IMG/VR virus record: IMGVR_UViG_3300047510_000066
Span: 1-29,379 of that record
Length of the DNA: 29,379 nt
Source of the DNA: a virus
Taxonomy: Duplodnaviria > Caudoviricetes
Direction: 5' to 3' (one strand)
Shown: piece after piece, positions 25,383 through 29,379 of the stretch
Numbering within the stretch: the first letter of the stretch is position 1
Layout: every line of letters starts with the position of its first letter
Position numbers and translations under genes: made by a program
The notes under the pieces: model-generated
Database searches by the model: none
What the model was told of the DNA's origin: nothing
Seen by the model: the letters and a program-made list of their open reading frames with translations, nothing else

Positions 25383-25643
25383 TTGGAAACAAAGATTTAT
25401 CGGTTTCACGGTATAGATACAGCAATGCAGTTACTTCGTCCTGGTGCTAAATGGGAATGGACAGGTGGTGTTGGCTTTACTCGTTGGGATGACCCAAGGC
25501 CAAAACCATCTGTTCAGGAAGTAGAAGAAACGATGGAAAAGGTGAAGGCATTTGAAGAATCCATCAAGACTATTTGGCTACCAGAGCAGATCGAAGAAAT
25601 AACCAAGAACGCTGAAGTTATCCGCAAGGCGGTGGAAGGGTGA
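25383..25643 (+). CDS. XkdW-like small tail-associated protein
   Basis: AMQLLRPGAKW...WDDPRPKPS..EV. TTG start after GAGGAG. Confidence 0.6.
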   Translation: METKIYRFHGIDTAMQLLRPGAKWEWTGGVGFTRWDDPRPKPSVQEVEETMEKVKAFEESIKTIWLPEQIEEITKNAEVIRKAVEG

Positions 25644-26260
25644 TACATAACCTATTCCCAATACCGATAGGCAGATACGAGTTAGACCGTGATCTAACCG
25701 ATAAAGAGTTGTCGTTTCTAAAAAACCAAGAAACGCGATCTAACATGGGAAATGTTACTAGCGTTAGTAATACGATTCTCAAGTCTGATGAATTAAGCGA
25801 TCTAAAGTCATTTATAGACTCAAAGATCTCTGAGTACTTTGTTGAGGTATACAGACCAAAGACTAAAGTTGAGTTAAAGATCACTCAGTCTTGGGCTAAC
25901 TACACAGAAAACGGCCAGTATCACCACAAACACGCACACCCAAATTCGTTTGTCTCTGGTGTGTTTTATGTTCAGGCCGACAAAGAAAAAGACAAGATTT
26001 ACTTTTACCAAGACAAGTATCAGCAGATCAAAATACCGCCGTCTGAATGGAATCTGTGGAACTCAGAATCTTGGTGGTTTGAAGTTGGAACAGGTGGATT
26101 AGTGCTGTTTCCGTCTAGCCTTACGCACATGGTTCAAACAGTAGAGTCTGATAAGACACGAATTAGTTTGGCATTTAACACGTTCCCAGTAGGTAATCTT
26201 GGTGACGAAACTGAATTAACAGGACTTAGTTTAGGAGATATAGATGGCGCATTTCGCTGA
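25640..26260 (+). CDS. 2OG-Fe(II) oxygenase (TIGR02466-like)
   Basis: SWAN, HHKHAHPNSFVSGVFY, LVLFPSSLTHMV and RISLAFN. Confidence 0.85.
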   Translation: MIHNLFPIPIGRYELDRDLTDKELSFLKNQETRSNMGNVTSVSNTILKSDELSDLKSFIDSKISEYFVEVYRPKTKVELKITQSWANYTENGQYHHKHAHPNSFVSGVFYVQADKEKDKIYFYQDKYQQIKIPPSEWNLWNSESWWFEVGTGGLVLFPSSLTHMVQTVESDKTRISLAFNTFPVGNLGDETELTGLSLGDIDGAFR

Positions 26261-26624
26261 GTTAGACTCTAACAATGTTGTGCTACGAGTCATCGTAGTT
26301 GGCAACAAAGACACCGCAGATGCTAATGGTGTTGAGAAAGAACATATTGGCGCTGCTTTTTGCGAGCGACTGTTTGGTGGAAACTGGAAGCAGACATCGT
26401 ATAACGGCAACAAGCGTAAGAACTACGCAGGGATTGGCTATACATACGACCCAGTACGCGATGCGTTCATACCGCCAAAACCGTTTAACTCATGGGTTCT
26501 GGTAGAAGATACCTGCCAATGGAAATCGCCAGTAGATATGCCAGCAGATGCCGGTACTGGTGAGCCACCTAAGCGATATACATGGGATGAGGCTACTGTC
26601 TCTTGGGTTGCAGTGGAGGCATAA
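26244..26624 (+). CDS. conserved tail-fibre-associated hypothetical protein
   Basis: MAHFAELD.NNVVLRVIVV, WKQTSYN...RKNYAGIGYTYD...DAFIPPKP..SW and Y.WDE. Confidence 0.8.
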   Translation: MAHFAELDSNNVVLRVIVVGNKDTADANGVEKEHIGAAFCERLFGGNWKQTSYNGNKRKNYAGIGYTYDPVRDAFIPPKPFNSWVLVEDTCQWKSPVDMPADAGTGEPPKRYTWDEATVSWVAVEA

Positions 26625-26798
26625 ATGGCACAGCACACGGAAGAAATTAAGCACATTGCAGACGGTCTTTCCATTATGACCGTCATTGGTACTCTGGCTG
26701 AAGTTCTACCCGCAATCGCAGCCCTTTTCACAATCATCTGGACTGGGTTTCGGATCTACGAGACCGAGACAGTAAAAGGCTGGCTTAAACGCAAATGA
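26625..26798 (+). CDS. 57-aa holin-like membrane protein (not in ORF track)
   Basis: Translated by hand: MAQHTEEIKHIADGLSIMTVIGTLAEVLPAIAALFTIIWTGFRIYETETVKGWLKRK*. GGAGG upstream, hydrophobic core, basic tail, ATGA-coupled to the next gene. Confidence 0.7.
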   Translation: MAQHTEEIKHIADGLSIMTVIGTLAEVLPAIAALFTIIWTGFRIYETETVKGWLKRK

Positions 26799-27238
26799 CC
26801 ACAATCGCCGCGAGAGTATCTACGGGAGAAATAGCCGCAGACTCGATGGTAAGCGGCGATGATTCCTTCTACCTAGTCGAGAAACTCCGTAGGGGTAAGA
26901 ACTCTATATATGGGGCTTGCGGAGACTGGGATAAATGTTTGAAAATGCTACAAGTGTTGGAGTCTGGAGGGGATCTAGACTCCGACATGGATGTGTGTGT
27001 TCTTGAACTCAGAAATGACGGCCTCTGGATTTATGAAGGGACTATCATTCCTGCGCGTATTAAGAACGACTTTTGGGCTATTGGGACTGGGGCTAACTTT
27101 GCCATTGCTGCGATGCACTGCGGCAAGTCTGTACAGGAGGCGGTGGAGATCGCGTGTATGTACGACACCAGTTCACATGGGCCGATTGACCTTATGCGAC
27201 TGGGAGGCAGGGGTGGGAAAACTAAAAGTAACCGATGA
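26795..27238 (+). CDS. proteasome-beta/HslV-like Ntn-hydrolase
   Basis: M-TTI N-terminus (Thr1 nucleophile), IAADS, EKL, GACG, AIGTGA.FA.AAM and EAVEIA...D..S.G. Confidence 0.7.
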   Translation: MTTIAARVSTGEIAADSMVSGDDSFYLVEKLRRGKNSIYGACGDWDKCLKMLQVLESGGDLDSDMDVCVLELRNDGLWIYEGTIIPARIKNDFWAIGTGANFAIAAMHCGKSVQEAVEIACMYDTSSHGPIDLMRLGGRGGKTKSNR

Positions 27239-28154
27239 ACAACTGATAGAGGCGTTTAAAAGGTTAGGTAGTCCAACAAAGGTGGCGCAAGAATTTAACA
27301 TAGAGGTCACCAGGGTTTACGCAAGACGGAGAATGATCGAAGCAAAGGGTATAAGCCTTCCGTCATTTAGCGCAAGACAGAAAACCGTATTTGAAACCGT
27401 AGTCCCAGAGAATCGCCGAGTAATTACGCACAACGTCACTAACGGGCATATTTTTGTTGCCTCTGACTGCCACTATTGGCCTGGGGAAGTTACTACGGCG
27501 CATAGGGCGTTCGTAGAACTAATCACCGCCTTTAAGCCAAAGACCATCGTCCTAAACGGGGATGTGTTTGACGGGGCTTCTGTGAGCCGCCACCCGCCTC
27601 TGATGGGTCAGGTGAACCCTACCCCCAAGCAAGAGATAGAAGCCTGTCAAGACCGTTTAGACGAGATTGGGAAGGCATCCAAGAACGCAGTCAAACTTTG
27701 GACGTTCGGCAACCACGATACGCGGCTCTTTGCCAAGATCGCGGCAGTCGCTCCGGAACTTGTCGGAATGATGAGTTTGTTCGACTACTTTCCTGGTTGG
27801 CATACCGGCTGGCGAATAGATGTAAATGACCACACAGTCATTAAACATAGATGGCATGGCGGCGTTCATGCGACGATGAACAATGCTATGAAGTCCGGCA
27901 AGAATATTGTCACCGGCCACCTGCACCAGTTAAAGGTAACGCCGTGGTCTGACTATAACGGGCGACGGTACGGAGTAGATACCGGAACCCTTGCGGAACC
28001 GTATGGCGATCAATTCGTGTACACAGAGGGCAATCCGGTGAACTGGTGTTCCGGCTTTGCGGTGCTGACGATTAGAGACGGCAAACTACTGCCGCCAGAG
28101 TTATGTGAAGTAATTGATGGTGAGGCTTTCTTTAGGGGAGAGAAAGTGATCTAG
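27213..28154 (+). CDS. calcineurin-like metallophosphoesterase with N-terminal HTH-like segment
   Basis: All five motifs are present: SDCH, NGDVFD, GNHD, KH and GHLH. GTG 27213 follows GGAGG. Confidence 0.85.
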   Translation: MGKLKVTDEQLIEAFKRLGSPTKVAQEFNIEVTRVYARRRMIEAKGISLPSFSARQKTVFETVVPENRRVITHNVTNGHIFVASDCHYWPGEVTTAHRAFVELITAFKPKTIVLNGDVFDGASVSRHPPLMGQVNPTPKQEIEACQDRLDEIGKASKNAVKLWTFGNHDTRLFAKIAAVAPELVGMMSLFDYFPGWHTGWRIDVNDHTVIKHRWHGGVHATMNNAMKSGKNIVTGHLHQLKVTPWSDYNGRRYGVDTGTLAEPYGDQFVYTEGNPVNWCSGFAVLTIRDGKLLPPELCEVIDGEAFFRGEKVI

Positions 28155-28156
28155 GA

Positions 28157-28597
28157 ATGACCGATGCAGTTCAGGGAGCAAGAGCAGCACTAGGTGGTAT
28201 AAAAGAAGCAGTAAAAGTAGGTCGAGAAATAAAAGAAACAGCAGTAGAAGTAAACGCTTTCCTGGACGAAGAAGCAAGAGCAAGGGTAGCCTGGAAGAAG
28301 CGTCAGCAAGAGATTGCCCGTCGTGGAGATATGGTCTTCATAGACGCGGTAAAAGAATACCGAATCATCAGACAAATACGCGATGCGGAAGCGCAGATGT
28401 ATCGCGACATCGAAGCAGAGTTTGGTCGCTCTGCTGTATCCGAAGTGAAGTCCTTAATCTCTCGGCTACGAAAAGACCATCTAGAGTTAAACGACGAGTT
28501 CTACCGCAAGCGCATGGAAGCCCGCAGAGAATGGGGAACCTTGCTTGCGTTGTCGTTGGTTATTTATGCTTTCTTTAAAATGACAGGGGTTTGGTAA
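28157..28597 (+). CDS. hypothetical coiled-coil protein with C-terminal transmembrane helix
   Basis: Charged helical body ending in WGTLLALSLVIYAFF. Confidence 0.7.
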   Translation: MTDAVQGARAALGGIKEAVKVGREIKETAVEVNAFLDEEARARVAWKKRQQEIARRGDMVFIDAVKEYRIIRQIRDAEAQMYRDIEAEFGRSAVSEVKSLISRLRKDHLELNDEFYRKRMEARREWGTLLALSLVIYAFFKMTGVW

Positions 28598-29103
28598 TGC
28601 TTTCTTTAATATCTACACTTGGCGGTCTTCTAGTATCCGGTCTTCCCAAACTTCTGGAGTTCTTCCAGAACAAGTCTGACCAGTCCCACGAGATAGCCCT
28701 TGCTAGGCTCCAAAACGAGATGCAGATGCAGTTAGCAGCGCAAGGCTTTGCAGCCCAGGCAAAGATCGAGGAAATCCGCACCGACCAGGTGGCGATGGAG
28801 TCCGAGGCAAAGATGACCGAAGCGGCTCTGGCGCATGATGCCAAGGTCATGGAAAAGGCTAGTACCTGGGCGGTAAACTATGTGGCAACCGTCCGTCCTA
28901 CCGTGACCTATATCTTCGTGCTGGAACTGGTTATGATTAACGCTGGACTGGCTTGGTTCTTGTTGTTCAAGGAAGGTCTAGGAACCCTGACGGTGGACGA
29001 GTTTATCCGCGCTACCGAAATAGTGTTTAGTACAGACGAAATGGCTATGCTTGGCGGTATTATTGGATTTTGGTTCGGAAGCCGAGGCTGGAGCAAGAAG
29101 TGA
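28597..29103 (+). CDS. holin-like membrane protein (3TM type)
   Basis: Hydrophobic N-terminus, VRPTVTY followed by a TM segment, and IIGFWFGSR at the C-terminus. Adjacent to the endolysin. Confidence 0.7.
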   Translation: MLSLISTLGGLLVSGLPKLLEFFQNKSDQSHEIALARLQNEMQMQLAAQGFAAQAKIEEIRTDQVAMESEAKMTEAALAHDAKVMEKASTWAVNYVATVRPTVTYIFVLELVMINAGLAWFLLFKEGLGTLTVDEFIRATEIVFSTDEMAMLGGIIGFWFGSRGWSKK

Positions 29104-29378
29104 GAACTTCGGACAAAGGCATCCACCTAATGCACGAGTTTGAGGGATACAGGAATAAGCCGTACCTGTGTCCCGCAGCCCTGTGGACTGTCGGATGGGG
29201 GGAAGTCCTGTATCAAGACCAGATCCGTCTTCCGATGGTTCGCAAGGATGGCTATACTGGTTTGATTCGGAAGGAGTACCAGTTAAAAGATGCAGATAAT
29301 CGAGTTTGGTCACGCGAGGAACTGGAGACGCGCTTCAAGGCTCTGCTCATCAGTTTTGAACGTGGTGTTCTTCGACTT
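29100..29378 (+). CDS. GH24 lysozyme endolysin (truncated by window end; not in ORF track)
   Basis: Translated by hand: MRTSDKGIHLMHEFEGYRNKPYLCPAALWTVGWG..., with the E-x8-C-x5-T catalytic motif. Confidence 0.85.
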   Translation, partial: MRTSDKGIHLMHEFEGYRNKPYLCPAALWTVGWGEVLYQDQIRLPMVRKDGYTGLIRKEYQLKDADNRVWSREELETRFKALLISFERGVLRL

Positions 29379-29379
29379 G

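Noticed and set aside
26991-27212. N-terminal extension of the phosphoesterase ORF
   Set aside because: It lies inside the Ntn-hydrolase gene, and GTG 27213 has a GGAGG SD.
1-29379. Alternative genetic code, introns/inteins, tRNAs, CRISPR arrays
   Set aside because: Genes tile the window under the standard code, with TAA, TAG and TGA all used as stops. terL, portal and capsid genes are uninterrupted. No cloverleaf or spaced direct repeats were seen by eye.

Overview
The window is a 29.4 kb slice of a tailed dsDNA bacteriophage genome (Caudoviricetes) with a podovirus-like layout, and almost all genes are on the + strand. The order is: (1) a tightly overlapping cluster of small early genes, including a Sak/DUF1071 single-strand annealing protein and several real-looking ORFs under 60 aa that the ORF track misses; (2) a sigma70-like promoter with a structured, anti-Shine-Dalgarno-bearing RNA; (3) accessory genes (SAM methyltransferase, DUF6321-like protein, and a 430-aa protein faced by the only convincing minus-strand gene, which has its own promoter); (4) terminase small and large subunits, portal, a DUF4214-like protein, scaffold and major capsid; (5) a glycosyltransferase, adaptor and tail tube/nozzle genes, a GNAT-like protein and ejection proteins; (6) tail fibre and duplicated Gly-rich genes plus a 2OG-Fe(II) oxygenase; (7) a lysis region interrupted by a proteasome-beta/HslV-like Ntn hydrolase and a calcineurin-like phosphoesterase, ending in a truncated GH24 endolysin. 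I saw no tRNA, rRNA, CRISPR array, integrase or transposase. The best candidates for new biology are the convergent effector/immunity-like pair (4026-5531), the anti-SD small RNA (2256-2372) and the protease plus phosphoesterase cassette (26795-28154). All family assignments come from recognising motifs by eye, not from database searches.
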